Of a stretch of 64,000 nt of DNA, positions 21,740 to 35,072 are shown one piece after another. The notes under the pieces are model-generated. The model ran no database searches. It had not been told where the DNA came from and saw only the letters and a list, made by a program, of their open reading frames with translations. Numbering within the stretch: position 1 is the first letter of the stretch; each line of letters starts with the position of its first letter. Source of the DNA: Psammoneis japonica (Eukaryota); the NCBI GenBank assembly GCA_008632985.1, contig QPGO01000090.1:186001-250000 (forward strand), given 5' to 3'. The position numbers and the translations under genes were made by a program.

Positions 21740-24700
21740 CATTGACTTTCGGTGCTTTAACGTCTTTGTCTGATGTCCCACGTTTTCCCAAGAATGCAAG
21801 CAACCATTTGCGATGGGCCTCCCAAGCTGGAGGCGACACCACCATTTGCAACAAATGATTGAGAAACATTCTTCTTGAGCAATGCCAAGGCCCACTGCTT
21901 CTCCCTTTTCCACCCACTCTGCATTGATGAGAGTTGGGTGATGGGGTGTTCCAACAAGAATGCCATCATCTGTCTCCAGAGCAGCCATCAGAATTGTCAC
22001 AACCTTGGTCATGGCTGTGCTTTCTTCACAATTCCAGCACCCTCTTTCCAGCTCCCATGAGAATGTGACCACATTCCTGAACCTCAGAGAGGGGTTTCTT
22101 GGTTCCATCAGCTGTGGTCATGAGAGCATCAGCTGTGAAAGAAACACAGGGAGGAGAGCACATTGTCAGGGCCCGTGCAAACCAACTCTTCATTGCTGTT
22201 CTTGGAAATGCCGCAATGTGTGCTGACAGTTTGTGTGTCGCAGGGTGCGAGGGTGTTGTTTCTTGTTGCTCTCTCCAAGCACAGTTTCCAAAGCTTTCTT
22301 TGGTGCACAAGTTGTTTGTGCGGGGCAGTGGGTGTTGTGCCACACCAGGCATGTCCCCAGGAATGCTGCATGTTTGTGACAGGATGACTTGGGTTGTGGG
22401 GCACCAGAGGGCTCAAAATTGTTTGGGCAAACACACACTGGACACACAGGGGTGTCGCCACATCAGAGGACCTGTCATGGTGATTGAACCTGCTTGTCTC
22501 ATGGTGCTCATTCAACCATTTTACAGTCAATGGTTTGTGCTGTGACAGACAGACAGTTGTGCAGCACATGTTGAACCTTTGTCAACTGTGACAGACAAAA
22601 GCTTTCAAGCCATGGGATTTCACCTTCCCTCCCCCCCCAAAAAACTTGAATCAGCAGTGTGAAACAACAAATCATTTTTCCTGTGAGGTTGCTCACCATC
22701 CACCCCCACAAAGTCTCCAAACCAAAATCATTTCATTTGTGACACAGTGCATGTTTTAAATGAGTGCCAGTGATTTTCCAAGTTGCTGCTTTGCCACTGG
22801 CTTCTGTGGATTTCTACAAGTGAGTGCATCGCAGCCAAGAGGTGTTGTTCCCATGCCAGAATGCAGCTTTTTTCATGGCTCTGCATTTCTTGCTTTTGAT
22901 GCTCTTTTTTATGATCATTTTCAAATTCAGCAATGGCTGTTCACGTTGTGGCCACAAGTTCATTGGCAGCCAAACCAAGAAATGCTCCAGCCACATCTGA
23001 ATGCGTGCATTGAAAAAATGACCATTGCACAATTTCTGGCAGGTGATCAAGTCATGATTGATGATTTGTTGACCAGAGAAATTGTCTTTGCACAAGTGTG
23101 CATGTTCACCATCTCACCACATTTTGCTGTTTCCTTTCACATGTGCTTCATTTGCAATTGCACCAGACACACCAGGTGCTTGGAGCAACTGTTTTTCCCC
23201 AGAGGCGCCAGCCGTCTGCTCTGCCATGGTGGAAGGAGATGATGAGAAGTTTGGCATGAAATGCACAAACATTTGAGAGGCTGTCACAACAACCATTGGG
23301 TCAATTCCAACAGCTGAAGTGTCAATCCTTTCCTGTGCTTTTGAACATGGTGAATTCCACCATGGGGTCTGTTTCAAATGATGTCTCTGTCATTGAAGGT
23401 TTGGGAAATTTTGCAGCCTGCATCTGATGCAATTGGCAGCACCAAGACAATTGCAAAAGAGTGTGATTGGCATGTGAGCTCCTGGTGTGAAATTGTCATT
23501 TTGCGCATCACCTGTGTGGCACTGGAAAACATGTCCCAAATGAAGTTGGCAAATCCAGTGCACACAACAAAAACAATGTCTTTTTTTTAAGAATGTCTCA
23601 AAAGTCATTTAGTTTTGTGGGGAAAATGGGTGTTGTGCAGTCAACACAGCAGTGGAAGCAAGGGGTGGCTGTTGTGTGCATTTTTCTTCATCTGTGTGCA
23701 GGGATTTTGAGTGGATTTTGGTGTCATGACCATTGCAGTGGTGTGGATGTGGTCATTGTGAGGGCATGTTCTCAGCTGCATCTGATGACAGAGGGTTGGA
23801 GGGATTCTGTCCTGCAGGGTGAGGCTTGGCTCAAGCAAGGCCTTTGGTGCTGGCAGAGTGACAGATCAGTGCCATCCTCCCACTGGGGCGGATGCCTGCA
23901 ACTGATCTGAAATGAGGGGATGCGCGATCCTCTGATGCAGCAATGAGCTGCTCACACCACCATGATGCTCGTTCCAGTGGTGACACAGCTGCAAATGCCT
24001 CAGAACATGGCTTCTGCCGCTTGTCAGCCAGTCAAGAAGAGATCATGTAAAGCACTGCTTTGGCCTCTTTGCCAATTGGCTCATCACATGACACAACAAA
24101 GGGAGCAAAATGGCATCTTTGCTCAAGGCAGGGCTTGAGGCACTTGCACTTTTTCTCACACTTGTGGTCTGCCAGAAGCAACAAGGTCAGGGCATGGGTG
24201 GACATCCACAACAGTGTCTGTTCTTCCATCCCAAAATCTGCATGCGCAGCAAGAAGATCTCCATGGTCTCCATCCCACAACATGTTGGAGGCAATGGGAA
24301 TCTTTCAAAAATGACACATGACACAAAAGACACAAATTGATTGAGGACATCCACAGAATCTGTGCGTTTTTGTTCAAAAACTGTTGTCTTCTCAAAACTT
24401 GTGCAAAAAAGAACTTGACTGCTGACTGATCAGGTGCATTTCCGCAAACATTTAAAAGGACACGCCTGACCAGTTTGCAGTCAAGTCCATTTTTTGCAGA
24501 ATTAAAATTCACTGAGGGTTGACAGACAGTTTGACATTTTTTTCACCCATGGAGATTTTTTTCTCATGTCTGGTGGTTGAAGGGTTGACAAACTAGAAAC
24601 TTGGGCCATGGACACTGGCACCACATGCCTTCAAAGCGGCAACCAGGGAAAAATTGCACATCGTGGTGGGTGTCAAACTTGGGGGCTCAAAGGTCACATT

Positions 24701-25920
24701 CTCATCATCCATTTTCTTGACACAAACTCCTCATGCAAACTGGTTCTCCAAGAAGCCAGCCACCATTGAGTCTGCAACCCATGAGTTTGAGTTTGTTGCT
24801 GCAAGGGGGCTTGTGCAGAGCAGATCATTGAACTCTGAACCACATTGCATCACCTTGGTGTCCCAGCCCGTGATGCTGGTTCCATGCTTGGTGACAAAAA
24901 CAAGGTTGTGGACAGTGCCACTGTCCCACACTCCCATCCACACAAGTGACATGCCACCACCCTCTTGTTCCACTGTGTTTGCATGGTGCAATTGCCTTGC
25001 TGAATTCCTCCTCAAGCTCCACTTTCTTGAAGAAGGCTTCTGCAGCCCAGGCCCTGCTGATGTCCTCACAAAGTGCTGGGGCCGCTGTCAGATCCAGAAC
25101 CTGCTTTGTCCCCTCATGTTCTGGAATTTTGATTCCAGTGCATTTCTTGACCAACATGATGTTGAGTCTGTTTCTGCAGCCACTCAATCAAGCAAAATAA
25201 AGAGTGACAGGATTTTAGTGCAATTTTGGCTGTGCACAATTTGTTTGCATGCTCTGTGTGCCTCTGTGCAGTGCATTTTTGCTCTTTAGCTGCTTGACTC
25301 ACAAGAACAATGACAGCAGTGCCAACATCATGACACATGTCTCTCAGCTGCTCCTGCAATGGTTTCTGCATGATGGAGACTCATCTGCTGTTTGGACAGC
25401 AGCAAGGGTCAATTGTTGCTCCACCACCACACTCTTCTTCAAATTCTGACACACTGTGCAACAGTGCATTGTCATTTTTGACCAGCCATCTTCCGCTCAG
25501 GTGACTTTTTCCAGAGTTTGCAGTCCTCACTCAGGCAGATGGGTCTTCTCTGATTTGGAGGCAACACTTCCTGGAAAATCCATTCCTGAAAAAGCACCCT
25601 CCTGTGTTTTTGCCACTCCCAGGTGCACCAGCTTGCACAGCTTGCTCTTGCCTTCCAAGAGAGATCAAATGCCTGCCACTCACTGCAGATTCCAGTCATT
25701 GTCAGAGTGCAAACAGCTGCAGCCACACTTGAGTTGTGACAGAGCAACAAGTGCAAAAATGTTTTGAAACCTCATCTCCAGCCTGGTTTCTTCCCAGTCC
25801 CAGGGCACTGCAACAAATTGTGGAGAAAGTGCACGGGTGTGCAAAAATGCATTGAGAGAGGGGGAGAGAGAGAATGCTTGTCCTCTCCTTTTTTGTGGCT
25901 GTGTCATCGTAGCATCTTCT
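21740..25920. pseudogene. Island 2: heavily mutated repeat/pseudogene DNA lacking TpA and CpG
   Basis: Compositional signature, no credible long ORF; right end homologous to the left end of island 1. Confidence 0.7.
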
Positions 25921-26074
25921 ATCATCGTCTGCCATTTTTGATTTTTCTTTTTTTCCCGTCGTATGAGTAGCTTCCACTCACTGCAGCTACATACTAGCTA
26001 GAGAGCAATGTAGGAAGCATTTGGCAACCTCTTGTACATTTATCAGCACTATATCTTTTTAAGTTGAGTGCCAA

Positions 26075-29000
26075 TCATTTACCATGGGTGTAATCGGAAG
26101 ATTCTTTGCGTACCACCCGAGAAACGAAGAGAGTTGCCGCCGGGTTATGACGTAAAATAGATGCTGAGATTTCCAACGACTGGGACGGGTCACTCTTATG
26201 CGGAAACATTCGATGAAGAGAACGGTAGTCATGCCTCCTTGACGTAAGAGCCAGTAATTCAGAATGCATGTCACTCACAATCACGTGCAAGACGCTGTCG
26301 TCTAGGAACTCCCTTGCAAGGACTTGGAAACGACGATTCCCGTACCGATTCATTGTTTTCTGACAGCACGTTAGGTATCCTACTTTGTCTCTGCCTGGTG
26401 AATTAGCCAACCCCTCAAATATTTCAAGGTAGTCGCATATTTTCTTCGCAAAATCATCATCTTCGTTGTTTCCGGCAACCGTCTGCATAATCTTGTCAAA
26501 TCCTTCACGTTCGAAAACATCAAACTCACGTGTCTCTTCCGGAGCGGAACTCAATGTAGAATTCTCGTCGCTTTGCAATTGCTGAACGTTTCTCTCCGAT
26601 GAAACTCGTTTAACTGGCCGTGACGAACCGGTAATGTCGAAGTCTCGGGTCTTCGGGACAATTGCAGTCCCCTCTGCCTGCTCCTCCGAATTCTGGGTTA
26701 ACTTCGTAACAAAAGCTGTAACGTCAAACGACAAGCAGTCAGCAAAACAAATCCTGATAACGAGGTCGATCAAAACAGAAGAAATGCCTTCAATAACTTA
26801 CTTCCGACAAAGAACGCGGTCAACACATTCAGTACAATGCTAACCATCACAAGGTTTCCTCCCATGAAAAACGGAAACACAATGTAAGGATGAGAATTGC
26901 GTGCTGCGTGTAGAAAGACTTCAGCAATTGCGTGCCAATCGTTCACAACAAGGACCTGAAACATGGCCACAATTCCAGATAAGTACGTATTGAAATTGTT
27001 AAGATCATATAGAGGTTCAATCGCGGCAGCCGCCAAACCGACTTTTACTGCGTCTCCCCAGAGGGCCATACCGGCATAGGTGAAGATATGAATCGTTGAT
27101 ACAATCAGAACTAGAGGCCCCAACAAGGCAGGAAATACTTCTGCACTTCGTCGGATAACCTCTCGAAAGATTCTGAAAAAGCGCATGATGCGAATCATGT
27201 CGATTGCTCTGCCCATAAGAAGAAAATCGCCGCCCGTACCGATGCAGTAATCATATATCCCTGTTAAAACATGAGAACGGAACATTAACGAATTTCCATA
27301 CCGGTAGGATTAACACTTGTCTCTTGATCCTTTCGACAGTCTCACCTTTGCAAGAGACTGCGGCAGCTACTGCGGCGAGGCCATCAAAAGCTCCACTCAG
27401 CCTTGTCAATGGTGTGAAGTACTTGCAAGGATCAAACCTTGAGACCAAATCAAACATTCCAAGTATTGTAATGGCAGTACCAGCCGGGAACTCGATCGCA
27501 TCAAGCCAGTGCGTCTCAAATGATGAGGTTAAAAGAATGACGTAAACGAAATTGGAAATAGCAACTACAGCTGCCATCAGCTCTATGAAGAGAGAGAATG
27601 TTGTTGCCGATCGAGTCGATCGAATTGACGCGTTGAGCGATTGTCGTATCTTGGTTCGAAACGTCGGGAAATCAATGTACTGTTGGTCTCCCGGGTCTAG
27701 GATCTGAACTAGAGCATTTATCTTTCCATAAACAAGAGAAACAAACTATGAGTCACACTGCGTACACGACATTATGATGATACCAATGCGGTTTTGATCA
27801 CACCTTCATTGCATTGTAGTGTGGACGAAGATACTTCAGAGTCTTTCTGACATTTGTGACGGCGACAAGCCGTCCTGCTTGAACTTCTCGGTCATGCGTA
27901 GGGTTGCTGATACTTTGAAGCGCCATGAATGCTAGTTTCAGATCGTCCTCACGATCAGAGACGTTTCGATCGTGTATTTCTGTAGCCGCTTGAATGTAGC
28001 TCTGGAACACGACAGAGAGTACTGAACCGGATGGATGAAACAAAAACAGTTAAAGGCGCGTGTCCAAAACACAAGTTGCTACAGGCAAGTTTTTGGACGT
28101 ACCTAATGAGTGCAAGTAAAACACACTTGTCACCACAAATATGACAAAAAATATAGCAGCCGATCGAGACTTGTTGTACATGGCATCCAAAGGCTTGGAT
28201 TCACCACGGTGGTCGACACTGGTAATAGAGAAGAAAGAGGAAGAGTTAAAACGGATAGAGAACAGACTTCCAAAAATGGAAGCGGCACTTACGCTCAAAC
28301 AGTGATATGAAGGAAACTGAAAGACTTTGAAACGAATCAAAGGGATTGTAAAGACGGCATGCAACTGCGGCGAAGCATATATCAAGAAGAGCTCCATCAC
28401 GATAACTCGAATGACGATCGGAGCTATGGCGTTAAGTGCTTCCAATGCATCTCGAGCTTTCGTGGAGATGTAAAAGAGGGCAATCGGCTTTAGGGTGCTG
28501 GACCACATGGCGATCCTATGTTCATTGCAAAGAATCCCCTGGTGCACAACGCGGTTTCGACAGAGATTGAGACCAAAAATATGGTAAGGGGCATCCTCCA
28601 CTTCTCCGTCCGAGAATGTCGGACGTGAAACCCGCTGTCGCGCGGTGTGGCTGCTTTGAACCGAGTTGTCCTCAACGTGAGAATTCGATTTTCAATACTT
28701 CTGGGTTCTCTTTGGTCTGATATTGCTTGGTGACTAGTAAATCAACGGCAAGCACCACAACAGCATAAAAGTTAAGAACTGCCGCAAAGTGGGGATTTCC
28801 GTTGGTCCCTTCAAAGCATGATGAGACAAAGAGAGCAAGACCTGCCAACCTCAGGCACGTCTGCCAATATATTGAATGCATCACCTGATGCAATCCTAAC
28901 TGGACATTGGTTACCTTTGTATGTCAGATGGTAGCTCGCTGGTCTCCCACCTTCATAATCCATAGGAAAGATGCCGCAATGGTGATTGCTCGTTCTCGCT

Positions 29001-29672
29001 TCAGTCTCATCTGGAATAGCTTTTCAGACACATCAGTGTCGTTTCTACTAAGGATAGGATCTGGATTGGCAATTCGTCGTGATTTGCAATAAGAGGGGTG
29101 TGCTCAGCAGCATGGTCGCGGCCGAAAGCGTGTTCAAAGGAGACGTGATGTGGGTACTCCAATGTATCACCAGAATGTGTGTTTCTATGATGCTTGTGTG
29201 TCGTTGGATGCGGAGATCTATTGACGGCGTGTGCAACTGTTGACACCACTTTGAATAGATTGGAAGTGAGGGTAGACGACGAAGGTGACTCCGCTTTCTG
29301 ATCGATCGACTGGTCCAACGTCGAATTCTCCAAGAACACCTCGTCATCATCCTCATATTCCATGTCATCGTACGAAGAACTCCTCAAAGATGCTAATGCG
29401 GGAGACGATGGTCCAAATCGGACTACACGAGAATCCTTACTCTTCGCATCACTTCCGCGCCGAAACGTAGACGAGCCTGTCAAAGCATGATCCAACAGTC
29501 TCGGAGGAGATAGGTCACCTTCTCTGTGGTCGTCACTCGATTCTGAATACTCCATCGGCAAAGAAAAGTCACTTTCGCTCATAGTAATGTCACTATGTTC
29601 GCTGGATTGTCTTACGTTCCGTCTTTGTGGCGGAAATTTGGGGTGTGAGAGCCCCAAATGTTTCGAGTACAT
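26075..29672 (-). CDS. Two-pore-channel-like voltage-gated cation channel (multi-exon, some apparent frameshifts)
   Basis: Two TM blocks; pore-like segments (..TTVVNPSLWMPMYNKSRSAAIFFVIF and LNNFNTYLSGIVAMFQVLVVNDWH); S4-like RAIDMIRIMRFFRIFR; several GT-AG introns. Confidence 0.75.
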
Positions 29673-30329
29673 GATGTATGATGTGTGATGTACTTCTCGG
29701 TTCTCGGTATGACAAAATGGAAACTTAGGCCACGTTTCGTGTTATCGTCCTCGAAAAAAAGCCTATAGTATCGGCTCACTATTGTTGTGTCGCTTGTCAC
29801 TACGACTTCGCCAAACACAGCTTCTTTGTTCTCTTGGATCGACGGGAAGCACTTTGTTCGATGTTCGATGAAATGCCATCGAGCAATCGTCGGACGCCGA
29901 AAAATACGGTACTTACGAGTACATAATGTACTCGAGTACGTACGTATTGTTCTTTCTATCTCATAGTAATTTAAGTACCAGTATCACAACGGAAAGAAAC
30001 ACGACTTAAATCATTGGGTTGTTTATATGAATGTAGGATTTAATACCCATAAGTATACTGAAGAAGTTTGATTACTTGGAGGGCGGACATTAAATAAAAA
30101 AAATACATGAAGGAATGGGCAATAAAGTAATTCCTAAGTAAATACTTATGGAATTCTGCCCCGCCCAACGTCGACGAAAATTTGTTCCCGCGCAAACCTA
30201 CTGTACGTACCGGCAGAGCGCGTCGCCACATGCTTTCTGGACCGTTGCGTTTGTTTGGGCGTTGGTCGGCAGGCTCACCCAAACGTCCTTTGGTCACACA
30301 AATAATCCACAAGGAGACGATGAAACAAC

Positions 30330-32223
30330 TTAAGAAGTCCATATTTCCTCATCAGAAAAGTCAAAGTCTTCCTCCATCTCTGCTTCATCCAACAAGTCCC
30401 AGTCTCCAGAATCGTTGAATCCGACGAGTTCTTCTACATCCACGTCAAGGAATCCTCCCTGAGGAAACGGTCTCCATGGCAAATCTTCTTCGCTCAAGGG
30501 CTTTTCCTCTGGTTCCATTTCATACATGGCGTCCTTCTCCAGCAACTCAGCAGGGAGGTAAGGATTTGTCAGGCCTGGAGCAAATTCAAAGTCGTATTCA
30601 TCCACCATGACTAAATCACCATCCACAGCACCCCTCCGTTGAAGCTCCTCCGCGATACCAAGAGAAGAAAGCTGTCTTCCAAATCTCTCTACCGCTTCGG
30701 GGTATTCCCAATGCGTCATTTTCGCAATCTGTTCAATGTACTCGCCCTTGACACGGAACTGTCCAGGGTAAGCCGGGTCGCTCAATATTTCTGTGGTGTC
30801 AATGCAAGTTTAGTTGAAGCAAATTTGGTAAGAGATTAGAAAAGATTTGGCACGTGTCGATACCAGTATACTCACCAAAATCGTCACTGTCGTAGTCAAG
30901 TGCCGCCTTGGAAAAGTCAATCTCAGGCGGGGGTGGTAAGTCTGACTCGGGCTGCACTGCGACAAACTTTTTCAATCGACCCATGAGCTCCTTGACACGC
31001 TCCGTTGTAGCAGCCGATATGGAAAGAACTCTGGAATGACCCGCGGCTTTTTTTAGCTCCTCAATGAGTTCTTCTTCTCGTTCCTTCACCTCGGGTACAT
31101 CGATTTTGTTCAATACCACAACCTGCGGTTTTTGCGCTAGAAAATCGTCATATTTTTCCAATTCTTGATTGATGGTATGAAAGTCTCCTAATGGATCTTC
31201 TGAAGTCCCATCCACAACATGCAGTAGCACCTTGCACCGTTGAACATGTCGCAAAAACGCTGGACCCAATCCGGCACCACCGGCGGCACCTTCAATGAGA
31301 CCGGGAATATCACAAAGGACAAGACCGGCGCCTTCATCCCCTAAATCACAAACGCCGAGATTGGGTACAATGGTTGTGAAGGGATAATTGGCAATCTTGG
31401 GTCGGGCAGCCGACGCGGCGGCAAGCAAAGTAGATTTGCCTGCATTCGGGACTCCCAAGAATCCCACATCCGCCACGAGTCGCAATTCGACAGACAGCCA
31501 TCGCTTGGCGCCCGGTTCTCCCCGCTCGGCAAGCTTGGGTGATGTGTTGCTGTGCGTCATAAAGGCGGCATTGCCTCTTCCACCGCGACCTCCCTTTGCG
31601 ACGAGGAGTGTCTCGCCATCCTTTCTCAATTCTCCAGCCAGCTTTTGCGTTTTCAATTCACGAACCATTGTTCCAGGAGGAACAGAAATCATGATATGTT
31701 TACCCTTTTGACCGTCCTTATTTTTACCAAGTCCGTTGCGTCCTTTTGTGGCTCGCACATGAACGCGGTTACGGAGTGGCGCCAGCGTGTTGAGACTCTC
31801 GTCACACACGAGATAAATAGATCCGCCCCGTCCACCTCGACCACCCGACGGACCTCCGAGCGGCGCCCCCTTTTCTCGACGAAATGCCACACAACCGTTT
31901 CCGCCGTCTCCACCCGAAACATGGATTCGTGCGGTATCAAAGAATTTCCATTCCTCATCATTCTTTTCCGTCGCTCCGTTGGATTTGAGAGATTTCTCAC
32001 GTCGTTTCTTCATGGCACGTCTCTTGGCTTCTTCGGCAGCCTCTCGATCGGCATCAAACACATCGGTTGTTTGAAGTCGAGTAGGGACTTTGTTGCTCAC
32101 CATAAGGAGACTACTTTCTCTTGGAACGAACGTGTGTTGTGCCTGAAAAGCTTCTAATCTCAAAACAGCCGACAGAAAAACTACCACCGCGGCAATGATA
32201 CAATCTCTTTGTCTCCAAATCAT
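30330..32223 (-). CDS. obg: Obg/CgtA GTPase, plastid-targeted; intron ~30800-30877
   Basis: FFDTARIHVSGGDGGNG Gly-rich Obg fold, GVPNAGKSTLL, YPFTT, DIPG, NKID, C-terminal OCT domain; presequence with EAF motif. Confidence 0.93.
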
Positions 32224-32658
32224 TTTTTTATTGTTAAAGTAGGTACAGGGAAGGGGGGTAGCTATGGGAATAAGGTGTTAACAATAACTGCACCGATGCT
32301 GCTGCCATCCATCAAAGCTGCATCAGCGATTTCGAGGTTGTTGTGATGCTTTTGTTCTTTTGCGGCTTTCTGCGGTGAACGGCTGAACGGTCGCACAAAT
32401 TTTTGTGCTCATAACCGGATGACTCACTCAGAAAAGTACTCACGCCTAAACTCTATCAAACCGTATTCGCGAATGTTTAGTCGTGTCGTGTGAGGACGAC
32501 TCGTGACTGTTCGTGCTCTCAAATTTTTTCCGCGTTCACTGTTCCCGCTTCACATCGCGACGCATTCTCAATTCCAAAACGCGTTTCGCATCGACGTTCT
32601 TTTTTCTTTCCCAGCACAAACCACGTCATCAAAGGCTTTTTTAAAAGTACATTGCATC

Positions 32659-33861
32659 ATGTTGTCTCCACGCCTGCAAGTTCAATCGAAAATGGATTCC
32701 GAGTTGAAGGAAATTATGAACAAGCGACGTGATTTGCACGGTGAACGTCACTTGTCTTCTGATAAACTGCAAGAGGCCGAAAATCAAAAGGCTTCGGTTG
32801 ACAACCATCACCACGAACCACATAAAATTGATCGACGAGTCTTGGATCAATTTGATGATACGGGTGATCCAAGAATTGATGAAGTGCGAGAGAGGGTAAG
32901 GCGGCATTTTAGCTTGATTTCCAAGGCGTACGAAAAAGGCGACGGCCCTGCCCAAGATAATAATAACTCGGACGACGCTGAGAAAAAGGAGGAACCAGAC
33001 TCAGTCAAGTTGACAACAATTACTTCTCGTGATCAAGAGGAAAGCCAAGTCACACAGATCGCGAATGACATAGATTCCAATGAAAACGTAGACGACAGCC
33101 CCGGCCCAGAGATTATCCAAGACAATGATTTTCCTACTGACACCATCGAGAAGAGGGAAGAATATGGCTCAGGTGATTTGTCAGCACCAGATGAAAACAA
33201 CATTGACCATAACGAGGAAAAGAAGACGAGTGACGGTCGCCACGTCGACGCAGATTCATCAGAGATAGACAATGGCACCGTCCATGTGGAAAATGTCTCC
33301 ATGGTCGATGCAAATGGCGTATCGGGAGTCTACTCGGGACAATTCTTGGAGAATAAGCCTCACGGTGTCGGTATTATGAAATACAGTAATGGCAATACGT
33401 ACGAGGGCACTTGGAAACATGGCAAACGAAACGGAAGTGGATTCTTCAAATTTGCGTCTGGAGACACGTTTGAGGGAGAATTCAAGTTGGACAGCCGTGA
33501 TGGGCATGGTGTGTACAGGTGGAAAGATGGACGCACCTATGAAGGTGACTTTGAACTCAATGAAAGAGAGGGTTGGGGAACTTTCACATGGCCAAATGGT
33601 TCAGAATACAATGGAGAATTTTCACAAGGCCAACGAAGTGGAGGAGGGACATATCTATTTTCGGACGGGACTGTGTATGTGGGAGAGTTTAAAAAAGGAA
33701 AATTTCATGGTTGTGGGAAGGTAACTTTCCCGGATGGAAGGACGTATCGAGGTGACTGGCGTAAAGGAAGTGCCGAGGGAACGGGAGTAGGAAAGCGAGC
33801 TGACGGTTCTATTCTTCATGATGGTGCATGGAGCAAAGATGCGCCTGTCAAACAGAGTTGA
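32659..33861 (+). CDS. MORN-repeat protein
   Basis: About 7 repeats of YEGxWxxGxRxGxGxxxxxxG in the C-terminal half; start codon uncertain. Confidence 0.85.
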   Translation: MLSPRLQVQSKMDSELKEIMNKRRDLHGERHLSSDKLQEAENQKASVDNHHHEPHKIDRRVLDQFDDTGDPRIDEVRERVRRHFSLISKAYEKGDGPAQDNNNSDDAEKKEEPDSVKLTTITSRDQEESQVTQIANDIDSNENVDDSPGPEIIQDNDFPTDTIEKREEYGSGDLSAPDENNIDHNEEKKTSDGRHVDADSSEIDNGTVHVENVSMVDANGVSGVYSGQFLENKPHGVGIMKYSNGNTYEGTWKHGKRNGSGFFKFASGDTFEGEFKLDSRDGHGVYRWKDGRTYEGDFELNEREGWGTFTWPNGSEYNGEFSQGQRSGGGTYLFSDGTVYVGEFKKGKFHGCGKVTFPDGRTYRGDWRKGSAEGTGVGKRADGSILHDGAWSKDAPVKQS

Positions 33862-33979
33862 AGTTGATAAAAGCGACCATCAATTGCTTCAGAGCTTTGG
33901 GAAAGCTAGAAAAATCATCGTCATGGGTTTGTGTCATTGTCTTAATAGCAATTTTGTTTTTGTACGTTTTGAGTTGCCG

Positions 33980-34639
33980 TCATGACTGCGCGACAATCTT
34001 GGAAAGTACAGGCCGCGAGGCGTTGCTTCGTTTCGACTTTCTCGACACCGCTCTGCCTCTATAACAACCCGAACCGAGCACTTGAGCAACGTGATGCCCC
34101 ATGTGCTCACGATAAAACCGTGCAGCCTTTGTTTTGTAACGAGCCACAATAGATGAGTCTTCGTGAGAGTAAAAATGTGAAGTCGACGAAAGTGCATGTC
34201 GTTCGAAAAAATTGTCCAGCTGAGTATTCCCTCCCTCCAACATTGCCAATAGCTGCGAATGAGACCAATGGTCCATCCGTAAGGATCGGACGCATGATGT
34301 CTATGCAAACGAAACGAGGCTCAATCGTGAGAAAAAAGGTTGATACAGGCACATTATGCGCTAAAAGTGTAACAACGTTCTCACCCTCACGCCAAGACCA
34401 CGGTGTTCACCACTGCACTTTAGACACATCAACGCTCCGTAACTGACTGAAGCCCATTCAGGGTTCCTTTCGCCACAATCGATGCACTTGTGATTTCCCG
34501 AGAGAGCCTTGATCAAGCCCAGGCACGCTGGCGGAATCGGATGCAATCCATTGTTGCCACGGTCGTTTCTTATGCACTCCAGCTCCCGAGATGCTTCTTC
34601 CAAGGTCGAAGACTGCTTCCCATTGCATATGGCAACCAT
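33980..34639 (-). CDS. ArfGAP-domain protein (one intron)
   Basis: [37 protein letters not shown]...MDHWS...MLEGGN...[11 protein letters not shown]. Confidence 0.9.
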
Positions 34640-34954
34640 GGTTCCAATAATTTGTGACCCACGAAGCTCCTTGCCGTCGTTGTGCTGTGTTGATGGTTTG
34701 TGACACCGTCGCTGTCAATCACGAGCTGATAGTTTTGGCGGGATAACGGTTGTGCTTGTTCCTTTCGCGATAATCGCCAATCGTGCGTTGTCCGTTGAGC
34801 ATGTAGAAGGCTACCTGAGATGCTGGTACGTGACAGGTACAAGAATGTCATACCGAAAACGGTACTAACTACTGTAACTGCCTGCCCTGGCAGACAACGT
34901 CTCCGTCCGTACGCCCCCCGTTCACATCACGCTTTCCCCGCTGTGGATAGGTTA

Positions 34955-35025
34955 GAACTCTCTACTCTACTAGCTCTAGAGAGTTAGTAGATAGAGCTCT
35001 CTCTACTCTAGAGCTAGAGTTCTTC
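34955..35025. repeat. CTAG/TAG/CTCT-rich low-complexity intergenic tract
   Basis: ctctctactctactagctctagagagttagtagatagagctctctctactctagagctagag. Confidence 0.7.
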
Positions 35026-35072
35026 TCACTCGCCAATCCTTGGAATAGGCATTAATAGATTTACTTATGGCC

